From: a virus
Taxonomy: Duplodnaviria; Caudoviricetes
Length of the DNA: 36,329 bases
Strand: one strand, 5' to 3'
Virus record (IMG/VR): IMGVR_UViG_3300035042_000092
Location: 1 to 36,329 of that record
The translations under genes were made by a program, and so were the position numbers. This document shows, in pieces, positions 9,057-16,860 of the stretch (position 1 is its first letter; each line of letters opens with the position of its first letter). The notes under the pieces are model-generated. The model was not told the DNA's origin and ran no database searches. It saw only the letters and a list, made by a program, of their open reading frames with translations.

Positions 9057-11014
9057 AGGTTTACTCCTTGGCTGCGTATTGTGCGGGATGGGCGGCGGGT
9101 TTGCTGGTCGTCGGGGTTTATGAGGGCTCCGCCCTGGCGCAGGATCTCGATATGCGCCATGCGGTACGTGGCGCAGTCGTGGTAGTCGTTGCGTCCGGCG
9201 GTTTTGTCGTGCTCCCAGTTGCCGAGGTCGTTGCGGTACTCGGCGCAGAGGTGTTTTGCGTAGTCGGTGAGTTCGTTTTCCGGCTCAATCGTTTTGTTGG
9301 GGTTGTTGAGCTGGTGCTCGGTGTATCCTGAATACAGGTTGAAACTGCCCGGATCGCCGGGGTTTACGTGCATCGCGCTGGCGAGGGCGTCTTTGAAGAA
9401 ATGCACATCCAGAATAATGAGCTGGAGGCCTCCGGGGATGGGCTTGCTGGTGCCGGGCCAGACGTCGATTTTGCTGTATTTGATGGCGGTGTCGCGCCGG
9501 GGCTTGCCTTTTACGGGTCTGAATATCGGGTTCTGGCGGCAGAACTCGTATACTTCTTTTGTGCGGGAGTGCTTGGCGGGCATGCCTGCTTTGCGGCCAC
9601 CGCCGGAGTCGATAAGGGCGGAGCAGATTTTGTATTCTTTGCCATCGGCGCTGTGCCAAGTGCGCGCGGCGAGGTCGAGCAGATCGGCGAAGGTGAGCAG
9701 GTAGCCTTTGCGCACCAGATAGCTTGATACGGTACCGCCGGTGGTTTGGTAGCCTACGGCGGCAACCTCGTAGTAAAAGCCATCCTGCTGGGTATCGACC
9801 TGCAGAATCAGGGCGGCGGTGTCGTTGGGTACGAGGTCGCGCGGGCGCTCGTCGCACAGGAGGAGGACATCGCGCCAGTTTTCGGTTGCGCGTGGGGGGT
9901 CGTAATCTTGTACGCGGTAACCGTTGTAGTAGGCTGTTTTGTGAACGGTGCTGCCGTGCTCGGCGCGCAGCCAGGCGGCGGCGATTTCGGCGAGGGGCAC
10001 ACGCGGGAGGCAGTACGCGCTCATGTGGAAGCCGACGGTGCCGGGGCGCTTGATATCCTGCCCCTGGGTGCAGAGCCAGGTGCCGGATTGATACGCGCTG
10101 TGGCGCTGGTGTTCTTCGAGCAGGGTGCCACACGCGGGGCAGGCGATGCTGCAGCCGGTGATCTCGACCTCGGAGGCGGTGGCGCCGGCGGGGAGATCGA
10201 GGTGGGTTTCGTCTGGGCAGATGGGCGCGTCGCATTCGGGGCAGCGCATGTAGAACTGCCACACCTGCTGGGCTTCGTGCATGCTCATGGTGTAGATGCG
10301 GCGCGCGGCACCTGGGGTGGATGCAAAGACGTTTTTGGTGTTGGTGCGGTTATCGCGCCCACGTTTGCGGATCAGGGTGAGGGCGTCGGTGCCTTCGCGG
10401 GTGGATTTTTCGAACTTGTCGATCTCGTCGCCGATGTTGAGCTTGCCAAAGTATGACGCCATTGATGCGGGCGAGTTGGACCACGCGGGGAACAATCTGG
10501 TGCCGGTGTTGAAGCGGATGGTACCGCGCTTGGTGTCGTCATCGTATTTGCTCAGGTAGCGCGCGAGGCGTCCGGGGCGGCCAAAGCCGTCTTTTGCTTT
10601 GAGGACGGGGATGATCCTCTCGCTCATGGATTTTTTGGCTTCACTCTCCGTGGGCATGAGCCAGAAGATATTGCCGGACTTGCTGCCCTGGTCGAGGGTC
10701 CAGCCCATGGTGTTGAGCAGCACCTGCGTTTTGCCGCCACGCTCGGGCATGCACATATAGACCTCGCGCACGTATGGCAGACTGATGGTGTCCATGATTT
10801 TGGCGAGATGGGGCACCTGCTCGGCTTCCCACGGGCCGGGGTAAGCGTCGATGGCGGTGACGCGGCGGTATTTGGCGGCCCACTGGCTGATGCTGAGTTT
10901 TTCGGGCGTGCGCATCCGGCGGCGCAGGGCGCGGGAGGGTTTGCCGGTGTAGCGCCTGCCGGCCATGTGGGCGTGCGCTGGCAGGGGTTTGACGGTTTGG
11001 GGGATTAGTTGCAT
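9053..11014 (-). CDS. Terminase large subunit, lambda GpA family
   Basis: SISQWAAKYR, ERGGKT (Walker A), GDEIDKF (Walker B), ASTP, CPEC/CPAC, VDTQ, IDSGG, NDYHDC. Confidence 0.92.
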   Translation of the reverse strand: MQLIPQTVKPLPAHAHMAGRRYTGKPSRALRRRMRTPEKLSISQWAAKYRRVTAIDAYPGPWEAEQVPHLAKIMDTISLPYVREVYMCMPERGGKTQVLLNTMGWTLDQGSKSGNIFWLMPTESEAKKSMSERIIPVLKAKDGFGRPGRLARYLSKYDDDTKRGTIRFNTGTRLFPAWSNSPASMASYFGKLNIGDEIDKFEKSTREGTDALTLIRKRGRDNRTNTKNVFASTPGAARRIYTMSMHEAQQVWQFYMRCPECDAPICPDETHLDLPAGATASEVEITGCSIACPACGTLLEEHQRHSAYQSGTWLCTQGQDIKRPGTVGFHMSAYCLPRVPLAEIAAAWLRAEHGSTVHKTAYYNGYRVQDYDPPRATENWRDVLLLCDERPRDLVPNDTAALILQVDTQQDGFYYEVAAVGYQTTGGTVSSYLVRKGYLLTFADLLDLAARTWHSADGKEYKICSALIDSGGGRKAGMPAKHSRTKEVYEFCRQNPIFRPVKGKPRRDTAIKYSKIDVWPGTSKPIPGGLQLIILDVHFFKDALASAMHVNPGDPGSFNLYSGYTEHQLNNPNKTIEPENELTDYAKHLCAEYRNDLGNWEHDKTAGRNDYHDCATYRMAHIEILRQGGALINPDDQQTRRPSRTIRSQGVNL

Positions 11015-11041
11015 GGTTTTCCTCCGGTTTCTCCGGTTATC

Positions 11042-11118
11042 GTAGGGGCGCTGCTTGCTGCGCCCTTTGTTGTTTGGTTGCTATCCCGTGCAATGGGCGC
11101 GGCAAGCAGCGCCCCTAC
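11042..11118. repeat. Inverted pair of GTAG REP-like palindromes (REPIN-like)
   Basis: GTAGGGGCGCTGCTTGCTGCGCCC (11042-11065) and its near reverse complement ending at 11118. Confidence 0.75.
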
Positions 11119-11960
11119 GCGGTTTCGTCCATTTCTTCGGTGTCTTCTTCCGGCTCGCCTTCGATCACCACATCAACCTCGTCGCTGGTGGCGATGGCGT
11201 TGCAGGCGGCATCTATGGTTTGTTCGATGAGGGCTTCGAGTTCTGGTTGGGTCTGGATCTGGCCGCCGGTGGTGTGGATGATTGTTGGTACCTGCTTGAT
11301 GATGTGGGCGGCGATGGTGTCGCGGGTGATGCCTGTCCAGGCGCAGACTTCGGCGTCGGCTTGCTCGCGGGTGATGAGCAGGCCCATCTCTTTTTGTTCT
11401 TCGCGCTCTTTTTTGCGTCGGTTGAGGGCGATGATCTCGGCTTCGTCTTTGGATTTTTTGAGGGCGTTTTCTTCGATGGTGCCTAGGGCGTCGCGCTGGT
11501 GGCGGATGTAGCTTTCGTAGTAGCGCTGGCCGCCTTCGGGGTGGTTCTTCCACGCTTCGAACGCGGCGGTGGTGATGGAGCGATCGGGCGCGAGCTGCAA
11601 GGATCCTTTTTTGGCGTGGTTGGTGAGGGTCTGGCGCGAGGATAGATCCCAGCCTTTGTCCTTCAGGTGGTGGTACATCTCGGTGGAGTTGCGGAACAGG
11701 ATATCTGTGGGGTGGTACGCGGGTCTGGATGTCTGGGGCTCGGGCGCGAGGTACTGCTGTTCCAGGCGCTCGACGAGTTCGGTCAGACCTTCGCGCGCGG
11801 CGTCGTAGTCTTTCTTGCGCGCGGCGGTGCTGTCTTCGTTGTATGCGGTCAGGGTGCGCTGGCGCGCGTTGTAGAAGGCGGTGAGTTCGGCTTTTTCTTC
11901 CTGCGTGCAGTGCTGCTGCAGGTCTTTTACGCGGGTTAGGAGGTCTGGTTTTTTGTTCAT
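11115..11960 (-). CDS. Probable terminase small subunit
   Basis: Directly upstream of GpA terminase; coiled coil then GLLITREQAD, as in Nu1-like C-termini; GGAG RBS before MNKKPD. Confidence 0.6.
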   Translation of the reverse strand: MNKKPDLLTRVKDLQQHCTQEEKAELTAFYNARQRTLTAYNEDSTAARKKDYDAAREGLTELVERLEQQYLAPEPQTSRPAYHPTDILFRNSTEMYHHLKDKGWDLSSRQTLTNHAKKGSLQLAPDRSITTAAFEAWKNHPEGGQRYYESYIRHQRDALGTIEENALKKSKDEAEIIALNRRKKEREEQKEMGLLITREQADAEVCAWTGITRDTIAAHIIKQVPTIIHTTGGQIQTQPELEALIEQTIDAACNAIATSDEVDVVIEGEPEEDTEEMDETA

Positions 11961-11972
11961 ACGGCGCTCCAT

Positions 11973-12018
11973 AAAAAAAGCCCGTAAAGCCAGCGTGAGT
12001 GCTGGTGGTTTACGGGCT
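11973..12018 (-). terminator. Intrinsic terminator/attenuator just upstream of the terS-like gene
   Basis: AGCCCGTAAA...TTTACGGGCT stem followed by T-tract on the minus strand. Confidence 0.7.
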
Positions 12019-12061
12019 CCTTTTCAGGGTTGCCGTGGTTCGGGCTTTATTTGGTTGTGGG

Positions 12062-12208
12062 TTAGTGGTTGGTGATTATTTTGATGTTGCCAATTTTGCC
12101 TTCGGGGCTAAAGCTGAGGGTTACCTCGCCCCGCTTGACATGGACGCGGGCGCGCTTGAAGCCTTGCTCAATAGTGCGCTTTTGTTCTTCTGTGATTTCT
12201 GGTCTCAT
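12062..12208 (-). CDS. 48-aa protein, YezD/DUF2292-like pattern (not in ORF track)
   Basis: MRPEITEEQKRTIEQGFKRARVHVKRGEVTLSFSPEGKIGNIKIITNH; GGAGG RBS, ATGA overlap with upstream gene. Confidence 0.6.
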   Translation of the reverse strand: MRPEITEEQKRTIEQGFKRARVHVKRGEVTLSFSPEGKIGNIKIITNH

Positions 12209-12438
12209 TTTGCCTCCGCGAATATTCTTGATGTTGTTCTCAGCCCATTTTCGTGCGCCATTCGATCCATCGCTTTATGGTAAGCAAGTGTCATTTTTTC
12301 GCTGTATTCTTGTGGGTTAGAAAACCCCTCTTTTTTTACTTGTGCTTCAGCTTCGCGGTGCGCGGGTTCTATCAGCTTGTTTATTGCAATTTCATATTCT
12401 GTCAGCTGCTTTTTTTCTTGCTTGTTTTTATTGTGCAT
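12205..12438 (-). CDS. Hypothetical protein
   Basis: 77-aa ORF, AGGAG RBS. Confidence 0.65.
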   Translation of the reverse strand: MHNKNKQEKKQLTEYEIAINKLIEPAHREAEAQVKKEGFSNPQEYSEKMTLAYHKAMDRMAHENGLRTTSRIFAEAK

Positions 12439-12450
12439 AATATCTCCTAC

Positions 12451-12498
12451 AAAAAAGCGCCCGGATTCCTCGCATTGTTGCTGGGATCTCCGGGCGCT
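12451..12498 (-). terminator. Intrinsic terminator/attenuator
   Basis: AGCGCCCGGA...TCCGGGCGCT stem plus T-tract on the minus strand, directly before the next RBS. Confidence 0.7.
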
Positions 12499-12582
12499 GT
12501 GTTGCGGTGCCGGTGGGCTTGGTTTTGGGTTTTGCGTGGCTTGCGCGGGGGCAGTGGCCGGGGTTGGAGAGGCGAAAGATTT

Positions 12583-12996
12583 TTAGGCCAATCTATCAGC
12601 CAGGGCCTTAATTTTCTCCGCCAGAGCTAATAGCTCCGCTTTGCGATCAGGCCACTCATCGATGCGGGTTTCGCCAGGGCTTGGCCGTCCGTCTTCAACC
12701 CACCACTCGACCTCGGCCTCCAGCGCCTCAAAAAAATTGAATTCGACGAGGATATTTTCTGAATCAAACTGAACAGTGACGAACTTTTCTTTTTCGGTTT
12801 CCATATCCACGGGTTTCAGCAATATCGCTAAATCTCCATCACAGAGGGTGACTATTTTGACCTGTCTGGCGATATTATCGACAGCGGCCTCTACTGCGTC
12901 GGCAATTCCAGCGTTAAGGGCTTTTCCAAGTTCATCGCCAATCCAATCAATATCAGCCAAATTAAGATTTTTCGGGCTTGCGAATCTGTCCTCCAT
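12583..12996 (-). CDS. Acidic hypothetical protein, cargo of attC cassette A
   Basis: 137-aa ORF, GAGGAG RBS; its stop (tta) coincides with the cassette start TTAGGCC. Confidence 0.75.
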   Translation of the reverse strand: MEDRFASPKNLNLADIDWIGDELGKALNAGIADAVEAAVDNIARQVKIVTLCDGDLAILLKPVDMETEKEKFVTVQFDSENILVEFNFFEALEAEVEWWVEDGRPSPGETRIDEWPDRKAELLALAEKIKALADRLA

Positions 12997-13017
12997 TTAT
13001 CTTCTCCTCTAAAAATG

Positions 13018-13087
13018 TCCTAACCAAGCGCTTCACTCGGGCCGGGAACCGCTGCGCGGTCCCGGTCCGGTGAGCTTGTCGTTCGCC
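13018..13087 (+). mobile_element. Integron-type attC recombination site
   Basis: TCCTAAC-CAAGC-GCTTCACTCGG...GC-rich hairpin...CCGGTGAGC-TTGTC-GTTCGCC: R''/L''/L'/R' layout with unpaired bases in the left arm. Confidence 0.78.
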
Positions 13088-13093
13088 TCTGGA

Positions 13094-13792
13094 TTATTCC
13101 GTCCTTAGTATTTCAATTTTCCCGACATCGCCGCTCCCGGTGAAGTTTATGCGCACGTGGCCCTGGCTTTGGAATTTGATGCCGACTTCTTCGAGGGCGC
13201 GTTTTAGTTTGCGTTTTTTTTCGATTGTTTCGGATGGTTGTTTGCTCATTTTTTCTCCGTTAAATGCAGGTTGAGGGTTCAGGTTCAAGGTTTCAGGTGG
13301 CTGCTCCTTCATAAAAACTAGCCAGTGCGTAAGCCCCTTTCGTCCTGATAAGTGCCCGAACAGAGGCGGCTGCGGTGCCAGTTTTATAACTTCGCCAATT
13401 TTCACCTGAGTTTCATTCCATTTGAAAATCAGCGTTCCGCCCGGCTCCAAAACTCGCAGGCACTCGGCAAACCCTCGGCGGATATCTTCTTGCCAAGTGT
13501 CGCTCAGCTTGCCGTACTTAGCGGCCAGCCAGCTTTTAGGCCCGGCTCTGACTAGGTGCGGCGGGTCAAATGCGACCAGCTTAAAGGAGTTGTCTTCATA
13601 AGGCAGCGCGCGAAAATCCATCATCACATCAGGTTCGATTTGCAGCGTCCGAGTGCCATCTTTTTTGCCGTGACTTCGGTCTGTTACAGTGATGGTTTCC
13701 GACCTGCAATCACCAAAAATCACATTCTGATTTTTCCGGTCATGCCACATCATCCGGCTGCCGCAACATGGGTCGAGTATTTTTTCCATCAA
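13094..13792 (-). CDS. Phage SAM-dependent (DPPH-type) methyltransferase fused in frame to a 51-aa YezD-like ORF (13094-13249)
   Basis: ILDPCCGSRMMW, FDPPHL, LIFKWNE, THWLVFMK; internal GGAG RBS and ATG at 13249. Confidence 0.85.
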   Translation of the reverse strand: MMEKILDPCCGSRMMWHDRKNQNVIFGDCRSETITVTDRSHGKKDGTRTLQIEPDVMMDFRALPYEDNSFKLVAFDPPHLVRAGPKSWLAAKYGKLSDTWQEDIRRGFAECLRVLEPGGTLIFKWNETQVKIGEVIKLAPQPPLFGHLSGRKGLTHWLVFMKEQPPETLNLNPQPAFNGEKMSKQPSETIEKKRKLKRALEEVGIKFQSQGHVRINFTGSGDVGKIEILRTE

Positions 13793-13819
13793 TAAACCCT
13801 TTCTATTTTGCTTGATGGG

Positions 13820-14020
13820 TTAGGCGCTCTTCTTGACCGTCCCTCGGTAGAGAGTATGTTTCGCGCCGCATCCACATTTTTTACCGCTTCCCGCCAATGA
13901 CCATTTGTAAGCAGTCGTGACCTCCCCGCAAAACGGGCACTTTATGTCCATCGTGCTACGGCCAAATTCGGCCCGCTCACTAACTATTTCATGTGATCGC
14001 GTTTCTATCATCTCATTCAT
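13820..14020 (-). CDS. Small zinc-ribbon protein
   Basis: CPFC...CGCGAKH. Confidence 0.65.
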   Translation of the reverse strand: MNEMIETRSHEIVSERAEFGRSTMDIKCPFCGEVTTAYKWSLAGSGKKCGCGAKHTLYRGTVKKSA

Positions 14021-14030
14021 CAGTCTTTTC

Positions 14031-14150
14031 CTATGCTGGGTCGAAGGTTTTGCGATCGGCGAACTCCTGCTGTTTGCCTTTGTTCCAGTGTTGGACGGGG
14101 CGGAAGAATCCGACTACGCGGGAGTAGGTTTCGACCGGGGCGGTGCCCAC
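14031..14150 (-). CDS. Stand-alone NrdD C-terminal glycyl-radical peptide (start uncertain; not in ORF track)
   Basis: Translates to VGTAPVETYSRVVGFFRPVQHWNKGKQQEFADRKTFDPA*. Confidence 0.7.
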   Translation of the reverse strand: MGTAPVETYSRVVGFFRPVQHWNKGKQQEFADRKTFDPA

Positions 14151-14159
14151 CCTACCGGG

Positions 14160-14330
14160 CTAATACCTTGGCGGTGGTATTTCTTCACGGGTTAAAAGTA
14201 CGCATACTTCCCCGCCTGGGTGTGATTCAAAATTATGTATTTGGAGAGAGTAGCTGTGACGCCACTGGTTAAGTGTTTTTTGGACGTTTGCTGCTGTGTC
14301 TTGCAAAATTTTATATTCTGCTTTTGCCAT
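14160..14330 (-). CDS. Small hypothetical protein
   Basis: AAGGAG RBS before MAKAEYKIL. Confidence 0.6.
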   Translation of the reverse strand: MAKAEYKILQDTAANVQKTLNQWRHSYSLQIHNFESHPGGEVCVLLTREEIPPPRY

Positions 14331-14346
14331 TATTTTCTCCTTTGTC

Positions 14347-14778
14347 TTACGCCGCTTTCGCCCACCAGGTCGCGAGTTCATCGGCTTTTTTGTAGCATTC
14401 GCTGTATTTCAGCGCGCGGTCGTAGTAGGTCTGCAGGCTGCACATGGAGCGGTGCAGGGCTTCAAACTTTTTCTTGATTCCGGCTACGGTGGTTTCTTCG
14501 ATGATCGCCTCGATGAGCGCGATTAAAAAGCACAGCAGGGTCATGCCGTTGATGCCGTTTTTGGTGATCTCAGCACCGAAGGCGATTATGCGGCGCTTGA
14601 TGCTGCGGGTCTCTTTTGCGGTGGCGTCGGGCAGGTTATCGAGCAGATCCTGGGCGCGGCGCTGGATTACATCGATCTTGCTCTGCACCGTGGCGCTGGG
14701 GTCGCTGCCTACCATGAGCTCGGCTGCGCCGAGGATGGTGCCGAGGACGGCGATGCGGTTTTTGTCTCGTGCGGTCAT
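14347..14778 (-). CDS. Hypothetical helical protein
   Basis: 143-aa ORF, AAGGAGG RBS. Confidence 0.7.
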   Translation of the reverse strand: MTARDKNRIAVLGTILGAAELMVGSDPSATVQSKIDVIQRRAQDLLDNLPDATAKETRSIKRRIIAFGAEITKNGINGMTLLCFLIALIEAIIEETTVAGIKKKFEALHRSMCSLQTYYDRALKYSECYKKADELATWWAKAA

Positions 14779-14787
14779 TTTCCCTCC

Positions 14788-15399
14788 TTATTTAGACTTA
14801 GACATACAGGCAACCGCGTCCAGCCGTTGCCATTCATCGTACAGTTCCGGCGCGTGTACCCGCACCGCCTCGCGCTTTGCCTTGCCTCCCTTCGGACAAC
14901 AGAAACAGGATACGCGGTCTTGCCATTCATACAGCCCGTCCCAGTGGTAGCCAAGCCGCTTGCAGTAAGCCAGGCTGTCCGCCTCGCCCATACCTGCGTC
15001 AATCAGCGGGAACTTGACCGGCCAGCGGCGTTCCTTCATCCACTTGGTTTGAGTCCGCTTCACCTCGTCAGCGGAAAACCCGATGTACTCGGTCTTGTCC
15101 CCCTTGATGTGGCCGATGTACTTCAGGCACGTCCGATGTTTCCTAGCCGTGCACCAGCCTCCGGCAGACTTCGGCCAGCCCCACAGTGCAAGCATTTCCT
15201 CGAAATGGCGGTAGTACCGAACGCGGATTATCCGCAATCCGGTCTTGGCCGTCACAAGGTCGAGGTGCGCCCGCATCTGCGGGAAATCCCACTCCGTCTC
15301 GAAATAGACGACGTGGGACACCGGGACGCCATGCTCAAGCAGTATGTGCAACATGGCGGTGGAGTCTTTGCCACCGCTGAAACTGATAATGTTATTCAT
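14788..15399 (-). CDS. PAPS-reductase-family (PP-loop) protein, cassette cargo
   Basis: ISFSGGKDSTAM, WCT..K, EYIGFSADE..R, FPL, RVSCFCCP. Confidence 0.85.
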   Translation of the reverse strand: MNNIISFSGGKDSTAMLHILLEHGVPVSHVVYFETEWDFPQMRAHLDLVTAKTGLRIIRVRYYRHFEEMLALWGWPKSAGGWCTARKHRTCLKYIGHIKGDKTEYIGFSADEVKRTQTKWMKERRWPVKFPLIDAGMGEADSLAYCKRLGYHWDGLYEWQDRVSCFCCPKGGKAKREAVRVHAPELYDEWQRLDAVACMSKSK

Positions 15400-15524
15400 G
15401 TTCTCTGTCCTCCGATGAAGATGTCAAATCGGGTAGCTGACTTTTGCGCACCTCTGTTTTGCATGTTATCTGTTGCAGTGACAGTCCTTAAGTTAGACCT
15501 CCTATTATCTACTGTTTTTCTCAT
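15396..15524 (-). CDS. 42-aa ORF coupled to the PAPS-reductase-like gene
   Basis: GAGGAG RBS, ATGA overlap at 15396-15399. Confidence 0.45.
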   Translation of the reverse strand: MRKTVDNRRSNLRTVTATDNMQNRGAQKSATRFDIFIGGQRT

Positions 15525-15550
15525 GTAATTCTCCTCTTCTCAGCAGCTCA

Positions 15551-15637
15551 AACTAACAATTAGTTCAAGCGGATGGAATACATCGTCTGCCTTCTAGTGT
15601 TCCGTCCATCAGCCACCGCTTAACATGGTCGTTATGC
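15551..15637 (+). mobile_element. Integron-type attC recombination site (canonical form)
   Basis: AACTAAC-AATTA-GTTCAAGCGGATGG...CCACCGCTTAAC-ATGGTC-GTTATGC; L'' GTTCAAGC vs L' GCTTAAC with the extra C, and an extra A further in. Confidence 0.85.
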
Positions 15638-15880
15638 GTCTTGAATCCAGATTTCTTCGTCATCAACAGACACACTAGACCTAAAACCGCAGTTGGCATC
15701 GACGCACCGCACAGCATCCCCGTCCTGTACATATCCGGCTGGTGCGTCGGTCAACACCTCGACATCGTTTCCGCACCATGGGCATTGCTCAAACTCAAAA
15801 TATTTCCACTCTTTCGATTTGTCGTTTTGACCCGAGCAAAAACAAATCGGGCTGTTTTCTCCACAAACGCAATATCCCAT
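15632..15880 (-). CDS. Cys-rich small protein, cassette cargo
   Basis: 82 aa, CPWC..C...C; GGAGG RBS; stop overlaps the attC R' GTTA. Confidence 0.65.
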   Translation of the reverse strand: MGYCVCGENSPICFCSGQNDKSKEWKYFEFEQCPWCGNDVEVLTDAPAGYVQDGDAVRCVDANCGFRSSVSVDDEEIWIQDA

Positions 15881-15896
15881 TAGACACCTCCATCTC

Positions 15897-15929
15897 GTTT
15901 CACTCGCCGGTTATCGGCAAGCGTTATTT
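15897..15929 (+). mobile_element. Probable right half of a truncated attC site
   Basis: ..CACTCGCCGGTTATCG-GCAAGC-GTTATTT resembles L'-spacer-R'; left arm not found. Confidence 0.5.
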
Positions 15930-16627
15930 TGGGTTTTAACCTTGGACCTGACACCTTGAACCTCAGCCTTCGGCGGCTTGCCGCAGCTGCGGCGCCCTTC
16001 CGGACATGGGCCACGTAAACACCCGGGGCCGCAATCTTCGAACAGGACGGGCTCTGCCTGGCGGCACTGATCCAGCATCTGGTATGCCATGGCGCGGATC
16101 TCCCATTGAGCGCGGTTGCAGCAGCGCAGGGCGAAGAAGTGGTGCAGCTCGCGCGCGTTCATGGTGATAACGAGTTTGGTGGTGGCGGCGTTGGGGAGCA
16201 CGAAGCGGGCGTCCTCGGCGGGGATGCCTTCGGCGATTAGGTTCTTATATGCTGCGAAGGCGTTTAGCGTTGCCTTAGCAAAGAAGTCGCGAGCGTCTTT
16301 GTTCCCCATTACAGTGTCAGGCATAACTGCGGCTGGTGCCTCAATATCTGACTCAACATACCGCTGGCTCTGCTGGCTGTAGCTGGCGACGCGGTGGCGC
16401 ACGAGTTGATGGCTGCAGGCGCGGCTGATGCCATCCACGGCGAAGGTGAAACTTGCATGTTCCAGGATGCTGTCGTGCCCGGATGCAAGCACCCGGCGCA
16501 CGAGGGGGCCGGAGCGATCCGGGTGCATGTCGTAGTCGGTGGGCCAATCAGCGTTGTGGGTAATCCACGCGGCGCGGGCTACGGTGCGGGTCGGGTAGTT
16601 GGTGTGGGTGATAAGTTTGACGTTCAT
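15911..16627 (-). CDS. thyX: FAD-dependent thymidylate synthase
   Basis: GHDSILEH, ISRACSHQLVRHRVASYSQQSQRY, EDARFVLP, MNARELHHFFALR, AQWEIR. Confidence 0.96.
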   Translation of the reverse strand: MNVKLITHTNYPTRTVARAAWITHNADWPTDYDMHPDRSGPLVRRVLASGHDSILEHASFTFAVDGISRACSHQLVRHRVASYSQQSQRYVESDIEAPAAVMPDTVMGNKDARDFFAKATLNAFAAYKNLIAEGIPAEDARFVLPNAATTKLVITMNARELHHFFALRCCNRAQWEIRAMAYQMLDQCRQAEPVLFEDCGPGCLRGPCPEGRRSCGKPPKAEVQGVRSKVKTQNNACR

Positions 16628-16860
16628 TTTATTCCCTCCGGCATTGGCATCCAGGCGCGAAGCTCATGTTCGGCGGCGCGCTCGTTTTCAAAGTAGTGGT
16701 CGTTCCACTCGCCGTGGAAGAGGTTTACACTCACTTGGGCGTAGACCCATTCTTTGTCTACCTCATTCCACATACAACTGACGCCCCAGGGGTAGCCTGT
16801 GAAAAGGGCGAGGATCGGGGTGCCGTCTTTGGGTGCTGTTTCTGGTATTTGCCAGGTCAT
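16624..16860 (-). CDS. DUF551-like phage protein
   Basis: WQIPETAPKDGTPIL...AWMPMPE. Confidence 0.7.
   Translation of the reverse strand: MTWQIPETAPKDGTPILALFTGYPWGVSCMWNEVDKEWVYAQVSVNLFHGEWNDHYFENERAAEHELRAWMPMPEGIK

Noticed and set aside
14039-14136. Structured ncRNA suggested by short inverted repeats
   Set aside because: Better explained as coding sequence for the NrdD-like peptide.
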